From Curvularia clavata (Eukaryota), in the NCBI GenBank assembly GCA_023920165.1, contig CP089280.1, forward strand, positions 2,046,001 to 2,110,000: 64,000 bases of DNA, in the 5' to 3' direction. Under the pieces are notes generated by a model. That model had not been told where the DNA came from. It was given only the letters and a program-made list of their open reading frames with translations, and ran no database searches. Positions 24,099-36,535 of the stretch are shown one piece after another (the stretch's first letter is position 1; each line of letters opens with the position of its first letter). The position numbers and the translations under genes are program-made.

Positions 24099-27000
24099 TT
24101 TGAAAAGTTGGTTGGAAGATGGAAGTGGAGTTTGAAGAGGAGAACGAGTTATTGAGTAGAGATGTTTAGACGGTAGTTGTAGTCGAGATTGGTAGCTTGC
24201 TGGATGAGTAGAAGATTGGGTGAGATATGGGACCTCTTTATATTTTTCATGTATGATGGACAATTAACGCTTTACCCCATCTACACGGAAAGCTTTGATA
24301 TTATCTTTGCCTGGTGAGAAGTTTATCCTACGAGGCGCTCGCCGAGGTACTCGCGTCGTGGACAGTGCATTCTCGGTAGCGCATTCTTTGCAGTAACTAT
24401 TGGTACAGGGGTGGAGTGAGCGGGACACAGAAAGGCTGGCACTTGGATGGCTCGAGTATGATCCGAACAGATCCGTTTCTTTTTTGGGGATGAACACAGT
24501 CAGCATCCGCAACGCCACCAGGGGTGTTCCAGGAAAGCGCTCTAGTGAATGTCATCGCATCTTGCATTTTGCCTATTTGCTAAACCTAGACGGCTGAAGC
24601 GATTCTACCGCGAGATGTTGTGCTGCATTGTTGGTGTAAAAGTCCTGCATTAGGTTTGGCGGTCAAACAGCATCTGCCATGCTTACTAGCGAACTTAGTT
24701 TTTTTAAGCATTCACTCCGCTCCCGGGAGTAGAGGCTGCTCAGAAAACACAAACGGAACAGATGCATTGTGCAAATCCGGGCAGGTGATAATAACCTGAC
24801 GAGTGGTGTTTTCGGATTTTTTTGGACTGACGAGTTTTCCTAGATACAACCGCTTGACTGTATGCAGGTGCTTACTAGTAGCCTAAGTCGTAGGATTGCT
24901 AGGTGTATGCATGACTGTCCAAAGTCATGCGAAGGATCGGACCTACCAATAAATTTTCGAGACTTGCGTTGCGTCTAGGCTAGCATCGACCTGCATCAGC
25001 TCCCAGGCGCCTAATTCGTAATATTCGTTATGGATAGCAGTTTTGAGAGTCCCAAGAACATGACAAGCAGTGATAAGTGATTGGATACATAGCTTTTTAG
25101 TTAATGTCTCAGTCGCTAACAGGTGGCGTCGAGACTGCAGTTCTCTCTTAGCTGAGCTGCCCATCACCATGTGTGAACCACGGACTACTGTTGGACCTTA
25201 CAGAGAACCCACATAAGGATTGTCTACCGTAAACGGTACTAACAAAATGATCTGAATTGCAAGACCCGTAGTCGAGATACATGTGCTCGAGCCCACTGTC
25301 CTGTGCTCGGCCATCTAGTGATGGCCGTTGCGAGAATATCGGCGTTCGTTTCCTGATGTGGATCCAGGATGCCGGCCCTAGGGATGGATCCTTCAAAGAC
25401 TGAGCGTTCCGTACCGCGCGCTAGTCTTCAAAAGGCAAGAACGGACGGGATGTGGATCGGGTATGCTTGACACTTGTGAGGCCTGTGACCGAGTGCAAGC
25501 CGAGAGAGTTGAGAGTGACATTCATGTTCGCAAAACGGTACGTTGTTCCGAGATCCCCCTCTCCTATAGCATGCTCTGCTCTAGGTGATTGAACGCCCAA
25601 GCGTTCTTCATTGGATCCTCATGGCAGGATGGTAGGCTGGTGGGTATGCTGGAGACATTGCCAGAAGTAGCTCGGAGGACCTGACAACAGGTCGAGTTGA
25701 CCCACACATGCTAGAAAAATCTGAAAGGCCACCGATCAGGTCCCTCAGCGTCAAGATCAATTGTTAGATTCTTGAACTTATCCGCAGGCTAAATTCGAGC
25801 GATCAAAGGATTTGAGTCCGGACTCTTGTATTGGGGCCATCGTCCCGGGGGCGTTCGGGAGAAACCAGCGGTGGCCGAAGAATTGATCCTGCGTTGTTGG
25901 GAGAAAGTTGCGGCTGCGATGCATGTAGAGGTCCAGCGTATTCCGTGGCTAGCAGGTCCCAGCAGGTTGGTACTCTAGCCTCCTTCGACACAGGCTAAAT
26001 TGCATTTCACGGCTAGCCACGCCACCGTTGCATGGGCGCATATCCAGAGCTGAAATCCAGGTTGGCGGATGAGCAGTGAAGAGACTAGCTAAGGGTCCAT
26101 GATGTGGGTCAACGCTTTCCCCCACTTAGCCACATCTTGACTTCGTGGGGGCAGATTTTCAGTCCATGTCCGTGTCCTATTAGTAGCTCGCTCAGTCTAG
26201 ATGCATTCTTGAGGGGTTCTTCAGGCTGCAGCAGAGCGAATTTATGGAAACGCTAACCACCTATTTCCTTACAAGTGTCTCACAAAGGATTATTCACGAC
26301 TCCACTCGCCATTGTTTTCACCGCATTTTTCAGGAAAAACACTGGCATTAGAGATAGGGTTTCAATTATAAACACTGAAGTATTATTAGGCTTAGAGATG
26401 GGTTCAAGTAGAATGGTGTTATTTGTATAGTCAGACAGCTGGTTGGCCTGGCGTTCGTATTGAAGCAATCAGTGCCTTTAAGACACGACGTTCAGTCCTA
26501 TCCAGTCATCGCCTTCAAAAGCCACGCATTATCCAAAAGAGGAGCAACCATGAGAGTTCTCTGCAGGCGATCATCGGCTTTTTCATGGTATTGGAATGAT
26601 GGATATAGGAGAGAGTGTGATTCACGATCCGGAGCGACAATTGCTGCGCACGAGCAATAGTGTATGAGCTTCAGTAGACACAAAATACAAATGATAGGTA
26701 TAGCAAATACGAACCAAAAGCAGCTGCATAGTTCACTATGCTGCGCATGCAGTCTCCCGTTACCCCCTTATCCATGAATATCAAAGCTGTGAATAATGCA
26801 CTTCTACTCTTCACATCTCGACCAAGAACATCCCATCCTGACACGTGCTTGGGGGAACCTATTCTCCCGCCCGTACTTGTCAAATCTTCTGCAGGGGCGT
26901 TCGGCACTTTATAATACCACCTCTGCACTTTGTTTGGTAGAGAATTGATCACAGCAGCCCCGCAAAAGTAGAGTGCCATGATTCAGGCAGCGTCACAACG

Positions 27001-27932
27001 ATACGTCGTGATGGTAATCGCATGGTTCAGTTGAGAAAGATTGCACAGGCCTTATTCCATACATGAATGACGTTCAGGTGCTTCATAAAGTAATCAGATA
27101 ATGTGACAGATTCAGTGTAGTGGGCTATCATCAGCTCTGCTTGCTCCTTGGGTGGCGCTGCGCCCCGAAGCCTGCACTTGTGGACCTGGGCTTGGAGAAT
27201 ACGAGTTCTCAGATTGCAGTGCGTCAAAGGATGACGGAGTGCAGCAGATACGCAGCAAGTTCCTAGATTTAGACGAGTCTCATTGGGGATGGAGGTATGT
27301 CGACTATTTACGGTAAGAGGATGCAATCCTAACGCCACATTTCAGCTGCCTATGAATGATGATATTGGTGTGCCTTACTAGAGTCTCAAATTCGTTCTTG
27401 GGTAATGATGCGTTTGGTGTACAATTAGCATATGCGACGAGTCCCTATGATTGCTTTATGAGCGGTTAGTTTGTTTTCTGTAGCTTTGTCTCAGCAGAGG
27501 GTAGGAATGCTGCTGATGATGATGTAGGCGATGTTGTTGCCTTATGCAAGTTGAGAATAGCCGCCACCGGAGTATCTCTGTCAACCCTGCATTTGACTCT
27601 TTCTGCTAATCTTAAATCTCTAGATCTCATTCCGGTGTACTTATCTATTAGGCTAGATTAGTCTGTTGAGATACAGAAGCCAGAAGTTGGAAGCCAGAAG
27701 CCAGGACGCATTGCGTGAAAGCTGTAAATTTTAGACAGGAAATTGTCATTGGTATATCTACATCATCTCGAATAATCGTTGTAAATGGCCACCATGAAGG
27801 CGCAACAAGAAGACCTTCACAGTCCATAGCAGTCCTGTAGCTACCTCGTAAATATCCCCAAAACGCCATTTTGCAATGCATGTTCCTTCCACAGTATGAT
27901 ACACGGCTAACTTTCTATCTCCTTTCTGCTTT

Positions 27933-28416
27933 TCACCTGAACTTGGCTGTGCCTGGCACGTCCTTGATTTCCTCAAACTTGGTACCCATCTTCACAACGC
28001 TGTATCTGATCAGGCGCGGGTCCAAACTCATGGTCCTGCGCAGCGCGTGCTGGGCGCGGGCACTTGCATCGAAGCGCATGATGAAGTGGTGGCCGTAGTG
28101 GTGTGTCGATTGCAGTTTCTTCGCCGGCTTGGGGAGGAGAAAAGTGCCCCAGTTGGACACACCGCGCACAACGCCCTGCTGATCAAGAACGATTTTGCCA
28201 GCGGTTTTGGCAATTCTAAACATGACACAGAGTCAGACGGGCGACATCTTCGAGAGGATGGCTCCGTGGTGGGAGGGAAGGTGGGGTGGTTTACTCTTTG
28301 ACTTCGGAGAGGCGGCCAGGCCGTACCTGTGGCACTCATCAGCAAACGAACGCGATGTTGTCGGAGATCGAATACGACGACGGGCTTCATACCACTCCAA
28401 TCATTTCGTACAGCAT
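27933..28416 (-). CDS. MRP17: Mitochondrial small-subunit ribosomal protein bS6m
   Basis: Exons 28416-28393 (MLYEMIGV), 28326-28295 (VRPGRLSEVKE), 28215-27933 (IAKTAG..GVVRGVSNWG..HFIMRFDAS..DPRLIRYSVVK); S6 family motifs. Confidence 0.92.
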
Positions 28417-28659
28417 GTTTGGCGTCTAATCGCGCGCGGGTTGCGTTGGTTTGGCAGATGGGTGCGCTCGCTCAATGGCTCTCTCCGTCGCAAAAAGTGT
28501 TCGAAAGCGGCCAACCTTTCCGCTAAACCGCGGAGGAGCTCCACTTTTTTTGCTATGTCTTGGCGCGCCGCATCGCTATCACCTTACCCTATCTTTTACT
28601 TTCCTCACTTGCTCATTTCTATTCTCTACACACACTCAGAGACCAATTTACTGCAGAAA

Positions 28660-29362
28660 ATGGCCGCCAGAATCTCAATTGCTCGCGCTGCCCGCCAATT
28701 CACTTCGGTGGCTGCGAAGAGGCCGTCGCTCTTTGTTTGCCAGAGGTCGCAGTTTGCCCAAAAGCAACGGCTATTCTCGGTATCTGCCGCACGTATGCAA
28801 TACTCCCAGCGCAATTGAGTCGCAAGACCATGTTAAGTGGGATGAGCTGACCATCTATACAGTCAAGGAGAAGAAGTACACCGAGGATCACGAGTGGATT
28901 GAGATGTCTGCTGACGGCAAGACATGTATGTCAACTCTACCTCAATCTCCCCGCATTCCCCGCATTCTCGACTCCTAGAGACATTTTTTTCCTCAAGTTT
29001 CACTACGCAGACGTAGCCCTTGATCGCACAGACTAACAAGCCATGATTCAGGTACTCTGGGTATCTCTGAATACGCTGCCAAAGCGCTTGGTGACGTCGT
29101 CTACATCGAGCTTCCCCAGGTCGACACAGATGTCAGCGAGGGTGACGCAATCGGCTCCGTTGAGTCGGTGAAGTCGGCTTCGGACATCCTCACGCCCGTC
29201 TCTGGTGTTGTTACTGAAGTCAACGAGGGACTGGAGAGCACGCCAGGCAATGTGAACAAGGACCCTGAGGGCGATGCCTGGATCGCAAAGATTCAGGTGT
29301 CGGGAGAGCCGAGCGGAAAGACCATGACGAAGGAGGAGTATGCCGCATTCACCGAGGAGTAG
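28660..29362 (+). CDS. GCV3: Glycine cleavage system H protein, mitochondrial
   Basis: Arg-rich presequence; introns 28793-28862 and 28926-29051; KYTEDHEWI, ALGDVVYIELP and lipoyl-lysine motif VESVKSASDI. Confidence 0.96.
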
Positions 29363-29560
29363 GCCTCCGAGGCTTGGGCAAAGACAGATTTCATGGATGG
29401 ATGATGAAGATACCTATGCGCATACTTCAACAGGGAGCGCGAAATACGACATGGGTTTTACGATTAATCTATATTTCTACGGTAAAAATTACAAGTCAGT
29501 CTATAAACAGAAAACCGTCTCATTACTTTCCACATTTTGCCCTCCACGCTCTCAATCTCA

Positions 29561-30604
29561 CTAATTTCCAACTCTCATTACAACCTTTCCCCTCGCATGT
29601 CCACTAGCAGTCTTTTCAAACGCCTTTTCATACTCCTCGAGCTTCCACACGCTATCCACTGCGGCCTTCAGCATACCTTTTGCAAAGAACTTGCTAATGC
29701 GCTCCAAATCCTCGCCCCTGGATTCCATAACAAACCACTTAGTCTTGACCCCAACAGGCTTCCCCTCTTCAGGTTCTTTGAACCCCGGCACAATGGTGAT
29801 ATAGGCTCCATGGTCCTTGACACCATTCCAGCCATCCATCATAGCCTCGCCACCCACACAGTCGAGCACAAGATCGAATTTCGCTTCCGCGCTGTTACCC
29901 TGGAGCTGCACGTATTCCTTGACGCTCGTCTTTGTGTAGTCAATCACATGGTCCACGCCCAACTCCTCAAGAAATGCCTTGTTGCGTGGTCCAGCAGTGC
30001 CAGCCACCCACGCGCCAGCCAACTTTGCCATTTGTACCGCCAAGATACCCACGCCGCCTGCAGCACCGAGAACGAGGACTCTCTTGCCTCGAGCTTGGTT
30101 CAGCACCGCTTCACCAGTCTCGGCATCAACATGTGGTACAGACGTTGGTGAGAAGGAGCCAGTCAGCAACCCGTGTTCAAACAGCGCCTGCCACGCTGTA
30201 TGCGCGCTCATGGGAATTACGGCTGCATCTTGCATGTCTAGTTCTTTGGGCACGAGGGCCGCTTCCGAGAGGAGAATGGAGGCGTATTCGCAGGCAACGC
30301 CCTCGCGCTGAGCCCAGATGCGGCCATAGACACGGTCACCGATATGGAAGTTATGGCTCGTGGTCGAGTCGGTGGGGAGAGCGACAACGGTGCCAGTAAC
30401 GTCGTAGCATGGAATGTGGGTCTCGCCCCAGTTGAGGAAGGGGGCCCATGTTAGCTCCCCGTTGGTGATTGCGGTGCTGTGGACGCGGATGATGAGGGAG
30501 GAGGAGTCAGGAGCGGGCACGGGTGCTGAAGTAGTGAGGGAGAGGGTGGATGTAAGTTTGTTGAAGAGGATGGCACGTTGTGTTGTGGGAATGGAGGTTG
30601 CCAT
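29561..30604 (-). CDS. Medium-chain dehydrogenase/reductase (zinc-free quinone/enoyl reductase type, NADPH)
   Basis: 347-aa intronless ORF; GroES-like N-terminus (IPCYDVTGTV), AWQALF, Rossmann VLVLGAAGGVG, C-terminal GHARGKVV. Confidence 0.92.
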   Translation of the reverse strand: MATSIPTTQRAILFNKLTSTLSLTTSAPVPAPDSSSLIIRVHSTAITNGELTWAPFLNWGETHIPCYDVTGTVVALPTDSTTSHNFHIGDRVYGRIWAQREGVACEYASILLSEAALVPKELDMQDAAVIPMSAHTAWQALFEHGLLTGSFSPTSVPHVDAETGEAVLNQARGKRVLVLGAAGGVGILAVQMAKLAGAWVAGTAGPRNKAFLEELGVDHVIDYTKTSVKEYVQLQGNSAEAKFDLVLDCVGGEAMMDGWNGVKDHGAYITIVPGFKEPEEGKPVGVKTKWFVMESRGEDLERISKFFAKGMLKAAVDSVWKLEEYEKAFEKTASGHARGKVVMRVGN

Positions 30605-31950
30605 GTTGGTGATTAGGAGATTGTTATGAGAGGAGATCGAAGAATGTTGATTTCTTTGAAGAGTTGGCTGCTTGATTCGAATGATTGTGTTCTATTCATT
30701 TTGCAAACATTTATCTACTTTATATTTCTCATTGCTGGACATCTGGATGCGCCAAGTTCTGTATGATCGTGAAGTTCCGTGTTGTCGCGACACACCGAGA
30801 CACCGAGTTGCCGAGCTGAAAACCAATATTTTCTTTGTCGCGCTGTATAATAGAACAGTTTCAGAGCATGTTTGTCTTGGCCAGTGATGTCAAGCCTAGA
30901 TGATTAAGCAATGATGCATTAGCTCTCGCTCTTGGCAGCGATGAATGTTCAGTACTGCAATGTCGGAAGGACGCATTGCCGCGGAGAAGGACATGGGGTT
31001 GATTTGGTGACTCAGCCAGTATCGCCGAGATAACGAGCGCTGGGATGAAGGACTACAGCTGCATGATTAGGGGATAATCAGGCTTTCTGGGCAACAAAAC
31101 ATGCTTTGTGACTCGACATCCAGGAGAAGGTGGATGGATAGTTTGGAAGTAGTATTGTGCATCTGATCGGAACAGCGCCTGACGTCATTGGCCTCGCCCA
31201 CCTCAAACCACCCAATCTCACAGTACTGCGCACCCAAGCGTATGCTAGCTGCTGGGCGTTTGACTCATCTCATTGTCGCTCGGAATCCATGCTGCTCTAT
31301 TCTGTGGGCAATCATCCATGTCTGAGTTCAGGGCGAGGATACAAAAGTCCACGAATTACACAGTTGCTGGATGATGTGAGGTGGATCCTCGCACTCAAAT
31401 GGTGTTCCAGGGTCTTAGCTGAAAGAAGTCTGCTCTGCATAGGCGTACAAAGCTATCCCTGCCCCTGATGGCGCATACGAGCCCAACTGTACGATACAAA
31501 GCCTCGGAGCTGGTAACACTTCAAAGCCTGCAAGACGCGCCTAACGAATGATTGTCATGGCACTCCAGCAAATCGACTCGCCAGGTTGTGTGCTCTGTAA
31601 TAGTTTTCTTTTGCAGTCTCAAAAGCCGACGTTGGCTTAGGGTTTGAGGCTGAGGTCATATTTAAGCATGGCTGATGATCCCAAGCATATCAACTCAAAC
31701 AGACGGTACCATAATGCGACGACTGGATATGAACTCAGCAATAAAACCCAGCATCTGTCGATCCCGTACGAATTACAGTGCCTGTGGCTTGAATGGGAGA
31801 GCCCAAGCAGGTATGAGGTAAGACTTTCGTCAGAGTCACCGCATATTATCACAATGGCATGTCCTGCCCCGCTGTGTACTTGAGAATATAACCAGAATCA
31901 TGGGCGCCTGGATAATAGAAGATATTTTTTTCTCAGTACATCAGATCAAA

Positions 31951-33266
31951 ATGGCCCAATCCATCAACCAAGGCGTTCTTCGTGAAAGGCACACAATTCA
32001 GCAACTGCCCATCCCCAGTCGAAAAGGCTACAACGCAATCCTAAATGCAGAATATCTTCAGGATATTGTCCAGGCTGTTGGTACATGGGGCTGTCAGAGA
32101 CTACTCATAGTGCATTCCAAAGCACTCGATGAGAACACTGACGTTATTAAGAAGCTGAAAGAGAAGTTGGGGTCCTTGGCCGTGGCCTTCAAATCTGGTG
32201 TTGGCGCGCATTCACCATATGAAGACGTGCTGGACATAACGAGATTGGTAGATGACAACGAGGCGGATTGTTTGGTCAGCATCGGAAGCAGTAGCTATTC
32301 GGACGCGAGCAAGATTGCCCGCTTGATGCATGCGAATCTTGCAAAGGACAACCTGACAGTAGAAGCGATGGAGGCTCTGGTGGACCAAGAGAAGGGAAAG
32401 GCAGAGGGCTTGAAAAACCCGACCATCAGATTAATCGTCGTACCAACGAGCCTTTCGGCAAGCGAGTGGAATGCCAATTCATCGGCAACAAATCCTCAGA
32501 CCCACAAGAAGCAACACTTTGAGAGCGAGTATGCAGCTCCAGACCTTATTCTCCTCGACCCTGAGGTAGCGGCTACATCGCCTGGCAAACTATGGCTTTC
32601 AAGTGGTATGCGCGCAGTGGATCACTGCGTCGAGACAGTACGCACCCACCCTTTTCTAAAACTTCTCGAGGATCCCACTAACCCACGTTTCTCTTCTAGA
32701 TGCTAAACGAAAAGTGCACTGAAGAGATATTCTACCACATGGAAGACGCTCTCGGAACCCTCCTGAAAGGACTGGGGGACTACAGAGAGGGAAAGAACAA
32801 CGAGAAGTACTCTGTGATCCTGGAGGGAATAGCAAATTGTCAATTAGGAGCTCGGAATGCCATGATGGGGCTTATACGATGGAACATCCCCATGGGTCTT
32901 TCACATGCTATTGGCCACCAGCTGGGTAGCATATGCGGCGTCATGCATGGCATCACTTCCTGCATCATGCTTGCACCTGTCCTGAGGTATACTGCCTCCA
33001 AGTCAGATAAGCAGAAGCAGGTTCAGCAACGTATTCTGAAGATCTGGAATAGGGCCCTGTCGACCGAGGAGACCTATCTACCGGATGCAGTCAGCAACTT
33101 TGTCAAATACCTAGGACTACCGACTACGTTGAAGGAAGCTGGCGTGGAGAAGCAAGAGGACATTGATAAAGTGGCCGAGAGCACCATGACGGATGTATTT
33201 GGGGCAATGGAGGGCATGGGCGGAAAGGATGACGTGATTGCCATACTGGATGCTGCAAAGGGCTAA
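31951..33266 (+). CDS. Iron-containing (group III) alcohol dehydrogenase / maleylacetate-reductase-like
   Basis: Exon 1 to 32637, intron 32638-32699 (GTACGC..CTAAC..TAG); VPTSLSASE, PDLILLDPE, metal ligands AVDHCVE, SHAIGH and VMHG. An alternative in-frame ATG lies at 31900. Confidence 0.92.
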
Positions 33267-33298
33267 GATGCTTCGTAGGATGAACTATGTCTAACTTT

Positions 33299-34231
33299 TT
33301 ATTTTTCATCAAATCTTTGGTCAAATGCATCCGTTTGTGATGGAAGGTAGAGCTCTCTCAAATTCCCGAGGGGCAGATTTTCAAACGCAGCCACATCTTC
33401 TACAATTACGTTCGCCAGCTCAGCAGGCAACTGGCCGTTGCCGGCACGTCTCATAGTCCTCCATATCTCATAGATCCTAGTACTCTCTCGAAGAAATTTC
33501 TTTGAGCGACGGAACCAGCCAGGCTCGAAAACTTTGCCTGAATAGTCCTCGGAGATGGACGTTTTCCATCGTTTAAATTCCTCCACATCCTGCTGATCCC
33601 ACAGAGGCACTAGAGTCTGAGAATTTGCTAGCGATTGCACAATGGGTCTCGTTGCCACATCCCATGGAACAGTTACGAAAGCCGAAAATCTTGACGAAGC
33701 GCAAGTCTGGGAGGGCGACGATGGGGCCAGAGGAGATTGTGGTGGATCCCATTGGTCGAGACAGATCCGCAACAGGGCATCGTCCAGTATCCAATACAAG
33801 CTCTCGCGCTGACTATTCAGGAAACGCTCAAGCCCGATTTCCGGATGGCGCAGAACATGCACACCCCAGTCTACAAGTAGGCAGCCTGCCTGGGCCCACA
33901 TGCTGGGCGCGATTCTGACCAGTTGGCGAACCGTGGCAGCAAATTTGCGCGTACGATGGAAGAGAGCAGCATATACCCGTGGTATAGAGGATAGACCCTG
34001 AATGTCTGCTAATATGGCGGAGTTCATGCTAGCGATGTCGCGGGTGAGCCTTCTGGCTGCGGCGGTCGGCGACCAAGCAGTCCATGGCAGCGGCTCGAAG
34101 AAGGGAGATGGTTTATGATGATTTCCCAGGGACGAGTGTTGAGAAGACTCGGCGTCGGGTTGCACAGCAGTCGTTGACATTATGACAAGGACGAGGGCGA
34201 GTGGGACGTCGTCGGGAGGTGCCGCGGGCAT
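33299..34231 (-). CDS. Hypothetical protein (310 aa) with an F-box-like LPAEL motif near the C-terminus
   Basis: Intronless ATG-initiated ORF with protein-like composition; no recognisable family. Confidence 0.65.
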   Translation of the reverse strand: MPAAPPDDVPLALVLVIMSTTAVQPDAESSQHSSLGNHHKPSPFFEPLPWTAWSPTAAARRLTRDIASMNSAILADIQGLSSIPRVYAALFHRTRKFAATVRQLVRIAPSMWAQAGCLLVDWGVHVLRHPEIGLERFLNSQRESLYWILDDALLRICLDQWDPPQSPLAPSSPSQTCASSRFSAFVTVPWDVATRPIVQSLANSQTLVPLWDQQDVEEFKRWKTSISEDYSGKVFEPGWFRRSKKFLRESTRIYEIWRTMRRAGNGQLPAELANVIVEDVAAFENLPLGNLRELYLPSQTDAFDQRFDEK

Positions 34232-34940
34232 GGCTCAAGCGGAAGCTCGGCAGCGGGTATTACGTCATCAATGATATGGGTGTTTTGGTTCCAGTGGAGT
34301 CCATTTTCCCCGGATTTGAGGTTTGGGCTTCACAACACCACGGTATTAAAATTGTCGGCTCCAAGTCTGCATTACGGGGTTACTGGCCAGAGCATCACAG
34401 CTTGCCCTGGCCTTGCTGACGCATTCCTTATGTCACCGATGTCTGACCATATCTGTTAGATAATTATGCCCTCTCACCTGTTCTTCTGCCACCTATTCGG
34501 ATATATGTATAGTCTTCTATCCCGGGAGCGGTACCTTCAGTGGTCTGGCCAGCCACCTTCGACCCTTGCGGCTGGGTGAACAAACAATACCAATCCCTAC
34601 CGAGGTCCAACACTTATAACCGAACATGTGTGAAAATAATTCTAAGCCTTTCATCCAGTGACATGTTTAACATTGGAAACCCACTGCTTGTTGTTGAGCA
34701 TGTCAGGTCATATAAGTGGGAAAGCCTGCTATCAATGCAGCTGGTATAGGTGTACGAACGCTACAGTATCCATAGCAACACATGGTTGAGATCGTCTTTC
34801 TTGTAATTATCACTACGATTTGCGAGACAGGCTTTCTCCCGAATGTTACTTAAAGCTTCACTAAGTTTTCAAAGTATTCGTTATTCTCTAAACAGTTTTA
34901 AGTCTTAATAAGCTTCAGTCCATTTGTCTTTAGCCTCAGC

Positions 34941-36221
34941 ATGAAGGTAACCTTCATCACACCCGCCTTCATTGGCACAGCCTTTGCTGCTGTATCTCGA
35001 GATTCGAATGGCCCCTGTGCTCCCAATTCCGAAAGCACTGCCCCTGCGCCCCTCGTCAACACTCTTGCTGGGTTCTATGAATGGCATGGCTACAATCTGA
35101 TAGCGTTGAACGCCCGAGTGCCTACTGGATATGAGACGACGCTGGTAAATGGGGACTGTGCAATCAGCTCATCCAAGTACATGCTGTACTCAAAATTAGA
35201 GACGTATGACGTCCAGGCCTGCGCCGACATATGCGACGTTCATCGTGGCTGCGACGCTTGTGAGTAGCACCTCTGCCTCCCTAGTGCACTACTCTACTGA
35301 CATTACTAAAAGTCAACATCTATGTCCAGCGTGAGCCAAGTGTAGTCCCAGGCGCTGGATGCCCTAATCCCAAGGCCATCTTCACTACCATTTGTGCTCT
35401 CTACTCTGAGCCTGTTTCCCTCGCCCAGTGTACCAACGCCGGTCAATACATGGGCCCTGAGGATGCCAATGGTAAAGCCTTCAGGACCGCTGTCCGAGCT
35501 TCTAACAGTACGTTGCTTCTATCCTCGAAACATTGTGACTTTTCCTGGCATATTCTAATGCCGTAAAATAGTCTACACCAGGCTTCCTGCCAAGGATGCG
35601 GCCAAGGTGGTGACGATCGCCCCCAACGTCCTCCACAACAAGCAAAATCTTCACATTGAAACACTGCGTCCTTCAGAGACCACCACTGCTAAGGAGATTG
35701 ATACTGTTGTTAGCAATGCCACCATTCTGCAGTCAATCCCCACTGCTATTTCCACCCTACCGGCACCCACTAGGGTCTCTGCTGCGATACTCCTCGGTAC
35801 TCCTTATGCTAAGCCGGTTAAGGCTCCCATCAGCGAAGCAGCAAATACGCCAGCACCCGCCGCTCCCGTCACAACTGTAGCCCTAGCCATGCCGTCCGCC
35901 AAAGCGATCCTGCAAGCAAAGCTTACCACCTTACTCACGGCTGTTATTCCACAGGCCTCGCTTGTCAGTCAGATTACTGCGTCCGCTACTGTAACCCCAT
36001 CCGCTCCATCCGCTAATGAGATGCTGCAATCGAAAATTGCTAATATGCTCGCGGATGTGATTCCACAGGCCTCATCTGTCAGCCAGGTTTCCGCGCCAAC
36101 AGCAACGCAATCATCGGCACCCACTGGTAACTCAACTACTTCGGCCGTAAAGACGCATCTGCCAGTCCAGAAGAGATGGAGCCTGTATGCGCATCGTCAC
36201 GGAATATTCAATAAGCCCTAG
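34941..36221 (+). CDS. Secreted protein with Cys-rich (apple/PAN-like) N-terminal domain and Ser/Thr/Ala-rich repeat tail
   Basis: Signal peptide MKVTFITPAFIGTAFA; introns 35260-35312 and 35508-35571 give YDVQACADICDVHRGCDAFNIYVQREPSVVPGAGCPNP..CALY..TNAGQ and join the 35607-36221 ORF in frame. Confidence 0.82.
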
Positions 36222-36535
36222 ACGTTATTTACCCAGGAAGCGCGTTTAGACTGAAATATTGACTGAGCATGAAAATTCGCATGTACCTAGTCTGATGAGT
36301 TGACACCCAGAATGTAGTATTTGCGTCTGCTTGATGTACTAAAAAAATGAAAAAATTCAATCACGCATGACATGAGGCAGTGCTCCAAAGGGTATTCATC
36401 TATCCATCCTCCTGCTCAGAACAAAAAAACTCCTCGGACCTAAACTCCAAGAAAAATCCCTAACCGAATAAAAAGTGCACAGGGTAATAGCAGCTCAGAA
36501 TTAAAAACAAATCCCGCTCCAGCAAAGCCCAGACT

